Under the pieces are notes generated by a model. The model had not been told where the DNA came from. It did not search any database and saw only the letters and a program-made list of their open reading frames with translations. Of a stretch of DNA of 64,000 nt, positions 49,730-59,576 are shown one piece after another. Location: contig JBFRWI010000135.1 of assembly GCA_051439505.1 (NCBI GenBank), forward strand, positions 32,001 to 96,000, in the 5' to 3' direction. Each line of letters opens with the position of its first letter. Position 1 is the stretch's first letter. Origin of the DNA: Hormoscilla sp. GTDB taxonomy: Bacteria > Cyanobacteriota > Cyanobacteriia > Cyanobacteriales > Desertifilaceae. Position numbers and translations under genes: made by a program.

Positions 49730-50809
49730 ATGGATAGCACCCAAGCTGAATTTCAGATGTATTCCCAGTTATACCATCTGGTTGCCTTTATAGTATCCGC
49801 CTTGGTTGTCCTAGCAACCACGCCAATAGTCAAGCAAATAGGACTAAAAAGTGGGCGCGTGGATATCCCTGACAAACGGAAAGTTCACTCGGCGCCAATG
49901 GTACGTTTGGGGGGTGTGGCCATATTTTTAGGCACAATTGGAGCCCTATTGGTAGTATGGTGGGCGGGAGGATTTGGAGTTTTGCCCCCAGATAAAGAGT
50001 ATGAGGTTTGGGGAGTCACGGTTGGCAGTCTGGCTTTTTTCCTGATTGGTCTGGCAGATGACCTGTTTGGTCTCTCGCCTTTCTCTAGACTCCTGATCCA
50101 GGTAATCGTTGCTAGTTGCGCCTGGAATGTGGGGGTGCAAATCGAGTTTATCACAATTCCCTTTGCTGGTCTAGTCTCTCTACCAGACTGGATCTCAATG
50201 CCGATCACCGTGATTTGGCTCGTGGGAATGGTCAATGCCATTAACTGGATCGATGGTCTCGATGGTCTAGCCGCAGGAGTCTCGGGAATTGCCGCCATGG
50301 TCATGTTGGTTGTCAGCTTGTTTATGGATCAACCAGCAGCGGCTTTAATTGCCGCTGCCCTTGCAGGGGGATGTTTGGGATTTCTGCGCTATAATTTTAA
50401 TCCCGCTCAAATCTTTATGGGAGATGGCGGGGCTTATTTTATGGGCTTTACTCTGGCCGGAGTAGGGGTGATTGGTTTGGTGAAAACTACGGCTGTTACG
50501 GCTGTGTTGCTGCCATACTTGATTCTGGCAGTGCCGATTTTGGATATGTCAGCCGTGATTTTGAACCGAGTTCTTGATGGCCGATCGCCCTTTATCGCAG
50601 ATAAGCGTCATCTGCATCACCGACTGCTGTCAGCTGGTCTCTCCCATCGTTTAACGGTTTTATTTATTTACACCTTGACTATCTGGGTGGGAAGTTTAGC
50701 ATTGGCTGTTGCTGGTATCCCGAGTGGTCTGACTTACGCGATCTGTGCTACCTTACTCTTAGCTTACACTACTTGGAAAGTAAAAAAACAGGCTTCTTCG
50801 TCAGGTTAG
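49730..50809 (+). CDS. MraY/WecA-family (GT4) polyprenyl-phosphate GlcNAc-1-P transferase
   Basis: NAINWIDGLDGL, YNFNPAQIFMGDGG, HLHHRL. Confidence 0.92.
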   Translation: MDSTQAEFQMYSQLYHLVAFIVSALVVLATTPIVKQIGLKSGRVDIPDKRKVHSAPMVRLGGVAIFLGTIGALLVVWWAGGFGVLPPDKEYEVWGVTVGSLAFFLIGLADDLFGLSPFSRLLIQVIVASCAWNVGVQIEFITIPFAGLVSLPDWISMPITVIWLVGMVNAINWIDGLDGLAAGVSGIAAMVMLVVSLFMDQPAAALIAAALAGGCLGFLRYNFNPAQIFMGDGGAYFMGFTLAGVGVIGLVKTTAVTAVLLPYLILAVPILDMSAVILNRVLDGRSPFIADKRHLHHRLLSAGLSHRLTVLFIYTLTIWVGSLALAVAGIPSGLTYAICATLLLAYTTWKVKKQASSSG

Positions 50810-50947
50810 TGGCAAGTTGCGATCGCCAAAAATAATGAAGGAAAAATCCCGAACAGATCTTGACATGGACAAGAAAATAAGGGTTATACTATTTTAAGAA
50901 AACAAGGCTACGGGCAAGATCTGAACAATTAACAATCTCTGTTAACA

Positions 50948-52201
50948 ATGACGGCTGAAATAATCTGCGTGGGAACGGAATTACTTTTAGGAGATATTCT
51001 CAATAGGAATGCCCAATTTTTAGCTCAAGAGTTGGCGAGGCTGGGAATTCCACATTACTATCAAACGGTAGTGGGGGATAATCGGGCACGACTCAAGGGG
51101 GCGATCGCAGTGGCGATCGATCGGGGAGCGAAAATCTTGATATTCACTGGCGGTCTGGGACCAACTCCCGATGACCTGACCTGCGAAACTATTGCCGACT
51201 TTTTTGAAGTGCCCCTAGTGGAGGATCCGAAGGTATTGGCAGACATTACCCAAAAATACGCATCTAGAGGGCGTAGAATGAACCCCAGCAACCGCAAACA
51301 AGCATTGATTCCCCAGGGCGCTGCCGTTTTACAAAATCCAGCTGGAACGGCACCAGGCATTATCTGGCAACCCCGTGGGGATCTCACGATTCTTACTTTC
51401 CCGGGCGTCCCCTCAGAAATGCACCGGATGTGGAGGGAAACTGCGGTACCCGATCTCAAAAGTAAGGGCTGGGGTAAAGAAAGTATTTACAGTCGGACGT
51501 TAAAGTTTTGGGGTATTGGAGAATCAGCCTTAGTAGAAAAGATCCCACCAGACATCCTAGATATGTCCAACCCTACAGTTGCGCCCTATGCGGGGAAGGG
51601 AGAGGTGAAGCTACGCATCAGCGCGAAAGCGCCTTCACCAGAGGCTGCTAGCCAAATGATTGGGCCAGTAGAAGAACAGTTGCGACAGATCGGCGGACTA
51701 AACTGCTATGGTGCTGATGGCGAAACGCTGGCCGAAGTGGTGGGAAAACTTCTGCTGGCGGCGGGTGAAACCCTCAGCGTTGCCGAATCATGCACCGGTG
51801 GTGGGTTGGGGAGTATGCTCACCACGGTAGCTGGAAGCTCTTATTATTTCCAAGGCGGGATCGTTTCTTATGATAATCGGGTGAAGGTTGACCAGCTGGG
51901 TTTAAATCCCGCCGATTTGGCCCTTTCGGGAGCTGTAAGTGCTGTTGTCGCCCAGCAAATGGCTGTGGGAGTCCAAAAGTTGATGGGGACTACCTGGGGA
52001 CTGAGCATTACGGGCATTGCTGGACCAGGAGGCGGTACGGAGGCCAAACCGGTGGGATTGGTTTATGTGGGTCTGGCTGCTGCTGACAGGGTACAAAGCT
52101 TCGAGCATCGTTTTGGTTCCCAGCAAGACAGAGATGCAATTCGTCACCGCAGTGCTTGCAGTGCTCTGGACCACTTGCGACGCCAAATGCTAACCAGATA
52201 G
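50948..52201 (+). CDS. cinA: Competence/damage-inducible protein A
   Basis: GTELLLG, TGGLGPTPDD, AESCTGG, ITGIAGPGGG. Confidence 0.96.
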   Translation: MTAEIICVGTELLLGDILNRNAQFLAQELARLGIPHYYQTVVGDNRARLKGAIAVAIDRGAKILIFTGGLGPTPDDLTCETIADFFEVPLVEDPKVLADITQKYASRGRRMNPSNRKQALIPQGAAVLQNPAGTAPGIIWQPRGDLTILTFPGVPSEMHRMWRETAVPDLKSKGWGKESIYSRTLKFWGIGESALVEKIPPDILDMSNPTVAPYAGKGEVKLRISAKAPSPEAASQMIGPVEEQLRQIGGLNCYGADGETLAEVVGKLLLAAGETLSVAESCTGGGLGSMLTTVAGSSYYFQGGIVSYDNRVKVDQLGLNPADLALSGAVSAVVAQQMAVGVQKLMGTTWGLSITGIAGPGGGTEAKPVGLVYVGLAAADRVQSFEHRFGSQQDRDAIRHRSACSALDHLRRQMLTR

Positions 52202-52321
52202 GAGACAAAAACCAGGCTTGTCGATCTCGGAAAAAATTCGTTATGATGAGTAAAGAAGCAAGCGATGACTGTGATCACGCGGATTTGTGAGAACAGGCTA
52301 TAGTGAAGGAGCTTTGAATTA

Positions 52322-52462
52322 ATGGACTACATTGACAAGGTACTGGAAAAAATTAAGGAATGGGCTCGCCAGCTCATAGATGCTCTAGTCGGACCAGATG
52401 TCCAGCCAGAACCGGAGCTGATTCCCATCCCAGTCAAAGATCCACACAGTAGGCGTCGGTAG
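52322..52462 (+). CDS. Conserved small cyanobacterial protein (46 aa), below the ORF-track cutoff
   Basis: MDYIDKVLEKIKEWARQLIDALVGPDVQPEPELIPIPVKDPHSRRR; aaggag upstream; the EPELIPIPV motif is common in cyanobacterial small proteins. Confidence 0.7.
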   Translation: MDYIDKVLEKIKEWARQLIDALVGPDVQPEPELIPIPVKDPHSRRR

Positions 52463-52490
52463 TTGGTTCCCTTGATTTAGGAGGAGGATT

Positions 52491-52928
52491 TTGTTAGAGG
52501 TTTTAGTACTGCATGGGCCAAATCTAAATCTATTGGGTCAGCGAGAGCCAGAAATCTATGGTAGCTTAACCCTAGAGGACATTAATCGCCTCCTAGTAGA
52601 GGAAGCGCGATCGCTCAATGTCAAGGTGTCAACCTTTCAGTCGAACCACGAGGGTGCTTTGGTAGATGCCATCCATCAGGCTCAAGGTCGCTATGCTGGG
52701 TTGCTGATCAATGCTGGAGCATATACCCATACCAGTGTGGCGCTAGCAGATGCGATCGCGGCAGTGGCCATACCGACGGTGGAGGTTCACCTCAGCAATA
52801 TCTATCGCCGCGAAAGCTTCCGCCATCATTCCTATATAGCACCGGTGGCAGTGGGGCAAATTAGCGGCTTTGGCGCTCAAAGTTATCGACTGGGGTTACA
52901 GGCCCTAGTGTCGGCGCTCGGTGACTAG
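52491..52928 (+). CDS. aroQ: Type II 3-dehydroquinate dehydratase
   Basis: [30 protein letters not shown]. Confidence 0.97.
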   Translation: MLEVLVLHGPNLNLLGQREPEIYGSLTLEDINRLLVEEARSLNVKVSTFQSNHEGALVDAIHQAQGRYAGLLINAGAYTHTSVALADAIAAVAIPTVEVHLSNIYRRESFRHHSYIAPVAVGQISGFGAQSYRLGLQALVSALGD

Positions 52929-53233
52929 CGCTCCGTGGCGCAGGGTAAAATCAGGCGCAAATTGAGCGATTCTCGCGTCGCTGGTCAGTCATTTTGGCAA
53001 ACAGCCTGTAGTCCGGGCAGATAGCCTGTCAGTTGACTGTGCGCACAGTCGGGCTGATTGGTGATGCATTAGTGGCTCGCCCTAAAAATGCTGGCGCTCG
53101 TTCACGAAAGGATAGAAGAAAACAGATAAAAGCAAAAGTTAAGATTTAAGAGAAAAAATTGGCAACAGAGCGATCGCGGCAGCTAGCATGGTGTTAGTTG
53201 TCAGTTGTTAGTTGCACAACTAACAACTGACAA

Positions 53234-53647
53234 CTAAGGATTTTGGTGAGGAGTTTTTTTGTTTTTGGGCTTGGCAAGGGGCAAGAATCGATCGAGGGCA
53301 GCCTTGAACTGTTCGATTTCGACCTCAATATTGCCATCTTTAGCGGCTCGGGCAATACAGTGAGTTAAATGTTCGTCTAAAATAATCCGGGAAACGCGAT
53401 CGACGGCACCGCGCACGGCGGCCAGTTGGATCAAGACTTCCGGACAAGGGCGGCTCTCTTGTACCATAACCTTAATACCTCGGACATGCCCTTCAAGGCG
53501 AGAAAGCTGATTGATGATGCGTCGGAGTGATTCTTCGCTGTGGACATGTTGATGCAGGCTCTCGGAGTGGAGATGGTCGGGATCTCGCGAGGTAGTAGGG
53601 TCATTTTGGGGTAGAGTTTCGTTAGTTAAGGGGTTAGCTCCAGTCAT
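53234..53647 (-). CDS. CsoR/RcnR-family metal-sensing repressor (InrS-like)
   Basis: His-rich N-arm, LSRLEGHVRGI...RPCPEVLIQ...EHLTHC. Confidence 0.88.
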   Translation of the reverse strand: MTGANPLTNETLPQNDPTTSRDPDHLHSESLHQHVHSEESLRRIINQLSRLEGHVRGIKVMVQESRPCPEVLIQLAAVRGAVDRVSRIILDEHLTHCIARAAKDGNIEVEIEQFKAALDRFLPLAKPKNKKTPHQNP

Positions 53648-53869
53648 TATTCTCCACAGGGCAGCAAGGTAAGCGCGCTTCGTGCTTACTACAAACCAAA
53701 TAGTAATCTAGATCTTAACGTAAAGAAGAATTTATGAAAGGTGGGCGGCTATCCTCCCCGAGAAGGAAGGGCTTACCCGCCGCTCTCGGACTGTAATTTG
53801 GGGATAGTTTTTGTCAAAATTATCAATAATTACCAATAGATAGACTACTAGATAGAGAGGATTGGCACT

Positions 53870-55075
53870 ATGCGGTGGAAAAAAGATTCCCGCGCCTTAC
53901 GCCTTGTGGGTACCCATGTTTTGGCCTTCGCTCTAGGAGCATTGCTTGCCCTGGGCGTGGTTTTACCTTCTCAAGCGGATCCAGTGGACTTACGGGCGAC
54001 AGCAAAGATACCGCCATCTGCGGTGGCTCTGCAAATTCCTCAAGCTGGCGCCAACTTTGTGACCGCAGCGGTGCAGCAGGTAGGGCCTGCGGTGGTCAGA
54101 ATTGACACGGAGCGCATTGTCACCCGTAGTAATAGTAATTTCGATCCGTTTTTTGACGACCCCTTCTTCGAGCGCTTTTTTGGCGATCGCTTCTCCCAGC
54201 AAATGCCGCGCGAACAGTTGCAACGGGGACAGGGTTCGGGTTTCATTGTCGAACGCAATGGGATCATTTTAACTAATGCCCATGTGGTGAGTGGGGCGGA
54301 TAAAGTGACGGTGACGCTCAAGGATGGACGGGAGTTTGAAGGCCAGGTATTAGGGAAAGATGAGGTAACGGACTTGGCAGTTGTCAAGGTTAATGGTAAT
54401 AATTTGCCTGTGGCGAACTTGGGAGAGTCCGCTGGCGTTCAGGTGGGTGACTGGGCGATCGCGGTTGGCAACCCTTTAGGATTGGATAATACTGTTACTT
54501 TGGGGATTGTCAGTACCCTCAACCGTTCCTCTTCAGAGGTTGGCATTCCTGATAAGCGTGTGGACTTCATTCAAACTGATGCGGCGATCAATCCCGGTAA
54601 TTCCGGCGGTCCCCTGTTGAACGACCGGGGTGAAGTGATTGGCATTAATACGGCTATTCGCGCTAACGCTAATGGGATTGGCTTTGCTATCCCGATCGAT
54701 AAAGCGAAAGCGATTAAAGATCGGCTGGCCCGTGGAGAAGAGATTCCTCATCCCTATATCGGAGTGCGCATTGCCAACCTGACACCGGAAATGGCCAGGG
54801 AAAACAATAGCGACCCCAATTCATCCATTGTACTTCCAGAAACTACTGGCGTATTGGTGGTGGGAGTGATGCGCGATACCCCGGCAGCTAGGGCAGGTTT
54901 GCGTCGGGGAGATGTGATTGTCGAAATTGATGGGAAACCTGTTACTACTGCCGATCAGTTACAGAAGATGGTCGATCGCAGTGGTGTTGGCAAGGTGCTG
55001 CAAGTTAAGCTAATACGCAACAACCAAACCCAGCAACTTTCGATTAAGACGGCTCAACTTCAAGATACTTTGTGA
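53870..55075 (+). CDS. HtrA/HhoA/HhoB serine protease (trypsin plus PDZ)
   Basis: [26 protein letters not shown]-terminal PDZ. Confidence 0.96.
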   Translation: MRWKKDSRALRLVGTHVLAFALGALLALGVVLPSQADPVDLRATAKIPPSAVALQIPQAGANFVTAAVQQVGPAVVRIDTERIVTRSNSNFDPFFDDPFFERFFGDRFSQQMPREQLQRGQGSGFIVERNGIILTNAHVVSGADKVTVTLKDGREFEGQVLGKDEVTDLAVVKVNGNNLPVANLGESAGVQVGDWAIAVGNPLGLDNTVTLGIVSTLNRSSSEVGIPDKRVDFIQTDAAINPGNSGGPLLNDRGEVIGINTAIRANANGIGFAIPIDKAKAIKDRLARGEEIPHPYIGVRIANLTPEMARENNSDPNSSIVLPETTGVLVVGVMRDTPAARAGLRRGDVIVEIDGKPVTTADQLQKMVDRSGVGKVLQVKLIRNNQTQQLSIKTAQLQDTL

Positions 55076-55381
55076 AGATTGCGAATTGTGAATTGCTAAT
55101 TGCTAATTGCTAATTGCTAATTTAATTCACAATTAGCTCCCGCTACTCCGCTACCGCGCCCCCAGCCTAAAGACTGGGGCTACACGAACAAAGCCCGCCT
55201 GCGCGGGCTTGATTATTTGATTCGATATTGTCAATGGTGAATTGTTAATTGTTAATTATGGTAAATTGTTAATTGTTAATAACTAGCAACTAACAAGTAG
55301 CAACTAGCAACTCAAAACTGCAAGACTTTGCCGCATTACTACTGCTATTTTTGTTCTCTGTGAATGACAGTTCTTGTGCTG

Positions 55382-55867
55382 TCAAGATCTGCCATATCTT
55401 CGCTGGGCAAACCAAGTTTGCAGTTGCTGGCGACATTGGGACTCCATTACTCCCGCTATTACTTGCAATTTATGATTTGAACAAGGGCTATCGGGAATAT
55501 TGGCAACGGTACGAATGGCACCTGTCTTGGGGTCGTCAACTCCATACACCAGAAGACCGATGCGGGCTTGCACTATGGCCCCGGCACACATGGGACAGGG
55601 TTCTAATGTGACATAGAGGGTGCAGTGGTTGAGGTGCCAGTTTTGTAAGGCTTGCCCTGCGGCCCGAATGGCGAGGATTTCTGCGTGGGCGGTGGGATCT
55701 TTGTCCCTCTCTTTGCGGTTACATGCTAAGGCGATCGCCTTTCCTTCCCCGTCCACGATCGCCGCACCTACCGGCACTTCTCCAGCTTCACCGGCAGACT
55801 GGGCCAGTTCTAGGGCCCGACTCATCCATTGCCGATGTCTCTGATAGGCTGGATCTGCAATTAACAT
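55382..55867 (-). CDS. tadA: tRNA adenosine(34) deaminase
   Basis: EVPVGA, HAE, TLEPCPMCAGA. Confidence 0.95.
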   Translation of the reverse strand: MLIADPAYQRHRQWMSRALELAQSAGEAGEVPVGAAIVDGEGKAIALACNRKERDKDPTAHAEILAIRAAGQALQNWHLNHCTLYVTLEPCPMCAGAIVQARIGLLVYGVDDPKTGAIRTVANIPDSPCSNHKLQVIAGVMESQCRQQLQTWFAQRRYGRS

Positions 55868-55876
55868 CTACTGACT

Positions 55877-56191
55877 TTAGCTTGCTGGTTGAGCTAGCAG
55901 AGGATCTAGTTGGCCTTTTGTGTCTAACTGATAGACTTCATCACACCCGCCCACATGCTGATTATTAATGAAAATCTGCGGCACCGTCCGGCCACCGTTG
56001 GCGCGATCGGCCATGCGGTCTCTGGCTTCGGCATCGCCGTCTATCTTATATTCTTGGTATTTTACTCCTTTCCACCAGAGCAGCATTTTGGCTCGGATGC
56101 AGTAGGGACAGGTTTGCCAGGTGTAGATTTCGACGTTGGCTTTGATGCGATCGGGATTACGACCTAAGATGGGATTGAGAAAGTCAAGCAT
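55877..56191 (-). CDS. grxC: Glutaredoxin 3
   Basis: CPYC, TVPQIF, GGCD. Confidence 0.93.
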   Translation of the reverse strand: MLDFLNPILGRNPDRIKANVEIYTWQTCPYCIRAKMLLWWKGVKYQEYKIDGDAEARDRMADRANGGRTVPQIFINNQHVGGCDEVYQLDTKGQLDPLLAQPAS

Positions 56192-56227
56192 TTTCCGAAA
56201 TTCTGCTGATTCTGCTTACCATTATAC

Positions 56228-57148
56228 ATGATGAACTTGCGCCTCGTTTACCATCCTGATTACGTTGCCCCCTTGCCCGAGGGACATCGCTTCCCCATGG
56301 CCAAGTTTGGTCAACTTTACCAGATGCTGTTGGCTGATGGCGTCGCGGAATTAAGCCAATTTCATACCCCCACCCTGCCCTCACGGGAGGCGATCGCCCT
56401 AGTCCATACCCCAGAATATGTCCGAGCTTACTGTGAAGGGACAGTCGATGTCAAGGCCCAGCGGCGCATTGGTTTGCCCTGGAGTCCGGCCCTGGCAAAC
56501 CGGACTTGTATGGCCGTGGGTGGGACTATTTTAACAGCTCAATTAGCCTTGCGTCACGGTTTGGCCTGCAATACTGCTGGCGGTACTCATCATGCTTTCC
56601 CTAGCTATGGTTCTGGTTTCTGCATTTTTAACGATCTGGCGATCGCCTCCCGGGTGCTGCTAAAACTGGGGCTTGTCCGGCAAATTCTGATTGTAGACTT
56701 AGACGTGCATCAAGGAGACGGTACGGCCCTTATCTTTCAGGATGACCCCAGTGTTTTCACTTTCTCCATGCATTGTGAAGTTAATTTTCCTAGCAAGAAG
56801 CAAAAGAGCGATTTAGACGTGCCTTTGCCAGCAGGAATGGATGATGATGGCTACCTGCAAACTCTGGCTAAATATTTACCAGATTTACTCTCCGATGTCA
56901 AGCCAGATATAGTCCTTTACGATGCGGGAGTTGACACCCATGTAGGTGATGCCTTAGGAAAATTAGCCATGACCGATACAGGGTTATTTCGGCGCGAAAT
57001 GCAGGTTTTGAGTACCTGTGTAGCCGGGGGTTATCCCGTTGCTTGTGTCATCGGGGGTGGTTATGCTAAGGATATGAACGCCTTGGTTTATCGGCATTCC
57101 TTGCTGCACCGCGCCGCTAGGGATGTTTGTCGCCAGTACAAACTTTGA
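56228..57148 (+). CDS. Histone deacetylase family protein
   Basis: GHRFPM, GGTHHA, GFCIFND, DLDVHQGDGT, GGGY. Confidence 0.95.
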   Translation: MMNLRLVYHPDYVAPLPEGHRFPMAKFGQLYQMLLADGVAELSQFHTPTLPSREAIALVHTPEYVRAYCEGTVDVKAQRRIGLPWSPALANRTCMAVGGTILTAQLALRHGLACNTAGGTHHAFPSYGSGFCIFNDLAIASRVLLKLGLVRQILIVDLDVHQGDGTALIFQDDPSVFTFSMHCEVNFPSKKQKSDLDVPLPAGMDDDGYLQTLAKYLPDLLSDVKPDIVLYDAGVDTHVGDALGKLAMTDTGLFRREMQVLSTCVAGGYPVACVIGGGYAKDMNALVYRHSLLHRAARDVCRQYKL

Positions 57149-57214
57149 ACGATCGCTATTGCTAATTGCTAATTGCTAATTGCCAATGGTAACTTGGGCA
57201 ATTATTATCAATTT

Positions 57215-58168
57215 CTAGTCTTTAGAGAAAGATTTACGCCAAAAGAAAAAGGGACTTTGGATGCTAGAGATATATAGTTCCAGTTCGCAAGCTGCAACTA
57301 TATCGTCGCGAACTGCGGTTTTATACTTGAGCAGATGCCGAATTATTTTGCGCAGATCGTTAACCATATAAGCAGGGAGTGCCAGGGGTCTTTGCCAAGG
57401 TTGAAAACTCAGCATCCGAGTGCGATAGCGACTCAACCCAATGCCCCGGAATAGTTTGAGCAAATATTCTTTTTCTAGACGGGTTTTGGGAATTTTGTGA
57501 TGCAGGATCATTTCGGAATTATACCATATTTCCCATCCTGCTTGCTGAATGTAGAGCAATGCTTCCAAGTCTTCTCCAGCTAACATCGAGTCCCCCACTC
57601 GACCTTGCAGCAAAATATTCTGGGGCACCTTATCCAACCAGACTTGTTTGCGAATAACTAATCCTGCACCTGGAGGGAGAATTTTTTTGTGGGGTGCGTA
57701 GATGCGAGGGCTAGAACCTCTGTCTGTGAGGGCGAGAAAAGCGGCAATTCTCTGAAAGTTTGGTGGTGGAGAAACTTCATATTCAGGGTAGATGCGACTG
57801 CCATAAGCACCAGCTTGGGGGTTGGCTTCACCAAAGGCAAATGCTGCTGCTACCCAGTTGGGTGCGGCGAGGTTATCGTCGTCGAGAAAGCCGACATATT
57901 TACCTGCGGCTTCTGTAACGGCCCGTTGTCTGGCATGGGCGAGTCCTTGTTGCGATTCAAAGGTATATTTGATGGGATAGGGTTTGTCCCAGTTTGCTTG
58001 GTAGTCTCGCGCAACTTGGGCGGTGTTGTCTTTGCTGTTGTTATCTATTACCAGAATCTCCCAGCTGCAAGATTCTGTATCGGTTTGCTGGCGCAATCTT
58101 TCCAGGACTGCGGGTACTCGCTTGGCACCGTTGTAGGTGCAGATGGCTACTGTTAAATCTACTGTCAT
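57215..58168 (-). CDS. hpsE: Hormogonium polysaccharide glycosyltransferase (GT2, HpsE-like)
   Basis: AICTYNG, QGLAHARQRA, FLDDDN, LPPGAGLVIRKQVW, GEDLEAL. Confidence 0.8.
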   Translation of the reverse strand: MTVDLTVAICTYNGAKRVPAVLERLRQQTDTESCSWEILVIDNNSKDNTAQVARDYQANWDKPYPIKYTFESQQGLAHARQRAVTEAAGKYVGFLDDDNLAAPNWVAAAFAFGEANPQAGAYGSRIYPEYEVSPPPNFQRIAAFLALTDRGSSPRIYAPHKKILPPGAGLVIRKQVWLDKVPQNILLQGRVGDSMLAGEDLEALLYIQQAGWEIWYNSEMILHHKIPKTRLEKEYLLKLFRGIGLSRYRTRMLSFQPWQRPLALPAYMVNDLRKIIRHLLKYKTAVRDDIVAACELELYISSIQSPFFFWRKSFSKD

Positions 58169-58300
58169 TGGAGTGGGAGAGTCAAATGTACTGCTGTTAA
58201 TTATAGCTGCACTGGGGACTGGAGTGCAAGGTTGAGGGGCGATCGGCTATAATCCCAGATGAGGGGCGATCGCAACTTCCGCATAGGAGAAGAAAGAACT

Positions 58301-58690
58301 ATGAGTGAAATTCGTTGGAAACTGGCTGAATACATGAGGTTCCGGGGCGTCACCTCCGACAAACTGATAGCCACTATGGGGGATACAGTCGCTCCTGAAA
58401 TTGTCTACAGACTGGTAGATAACCCTGAAGAACAGCGCCAAATCGACCTAAACATGGTAGCAGCTATCATGGAGGGTCTGATCTTAGTGACTGGTTTTCC
58501 GGTGGGGGTGTCAGAAATACTGGAATTCGTCCCCCATCTGCCTCAAGAATTTCTGGAAAACTCGCCTTGGCGGGATCTCTTCGAGAAGGAGTATAACGAA
58601 CCCTATTATCCCGAAGATGTAGACCAGACAACACTTGGTCAGGCTGTGCGCTATATTCCTGGCGTAGGTCTAGTTCTCTCAGATGAATAG
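58301..58690 (+). CDS. Cro/C1-type HTH protein
   Basis: IRWKLAEYM...IVYRL...IDL...VSEILEFVP resembles HTH_26. Confidence 0.55.
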   Translation: MSEIRWKLAEYMRFRGVTSDKLIATMGDTVAPEIVYRLVDNPEEQRQIDLNMVAAIMEGLILVTGFPVGVSEILEFVPHLPQEFLENSPWRDLFEKEYNEPYYPEDVDQTTLGQAVRYIPGVGLVLSDE

Positions 58691-58834
58691 GACTACCGGT
58701 AGATGGTGGCGACGCTTGTATCTATTTTCTACTTGACAATGCCATGCCCCTACTCCTATATCTTGGAAAGACAGCCCGATCGCTTAAACACTTATTGGGG
58801 CGCACTACTGCAAGCAATATCTGGAAAACTAGAG

Positions 58835-59221
58835 ATGACAACCAAAACAGCAAACTTTCAACAAGTCGCTACAGCAGCGTCAACACTCACGCCAGAGGAA
58901 CAAGCAATTCTGCTGGATATTATCAAGGAGAACATATCAGATTATTTGGCGCAAAGGCGACATGCACAAGCTTGGGAATTGGCACGCATAGCAGCAAAGC
59001 TACTGCGGGAGAAATTTGGGGTGACGCGAGTAGTAGTATTTGGAGCGCTTTTTGAACGCATTAGGTGCGGACACAGCGCGGACATTGAATTAGCGGCTTG
59101 GGGAATTCCCCCAAGGCAATATTTATCAGCTGCGGATACTGTTGCTACCATCAACCCTGAATTCGAGGTGGATCTGATAGATTTAGAAATTTGTAGTGAC
59201 TGGGATACCGAAGCGATCTAA
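58835..59221 (+). CDS. Minimal nucleotidyltransferase (MNT) domain protein with degenerate active site
   Basis: AAKLLREKFGVTRVVVFGA...SADIELAAWGI...FEVDLIDLE; canonical GS and DxD appear as GA and DIE. Confidence 0.65.
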   Translation: MTTKTANFQQVATAASTLTPEEQAILLDIIKENISDYLAQRRHAQAWELARIAAKLLREKFGVTRVVVFGALFERIRCGHSADIELAAWGIPPRQYLSAADTVATINPEFEVDLIDLEICSDWDTEAI

Positions 59222-59576
59222 GATTATGGAGTCGAGATAATTGGTAATTACCCTAACCCTAAAGTAGAGCTATAATATCCTCATGGAGACTAATTATCTC
59301 ATGAAAATATGACGAGGTTTGAGTAAACTTGACGGTGCAGTCAGTGGCGATCGCCTGACTTGCGCGAATTTCCAGAAAAGTTCGAGATCCCATACTTTGA
59401 GCTACATATGAAAAATGTCCCGTATGCTATGGGATCTGGTTTGATGCTGGGGAGTTTAAGGATTTCAAGGAAGAGGGTATTCGCGATCTTAAGGGCAGAA
59501 TTATGGATTTGTTGGCCCAAGGGAGAAGTTAATTGTTGGTTCCGTAGGACAGGCGATCCGCCCGTCCTGCGATGTC

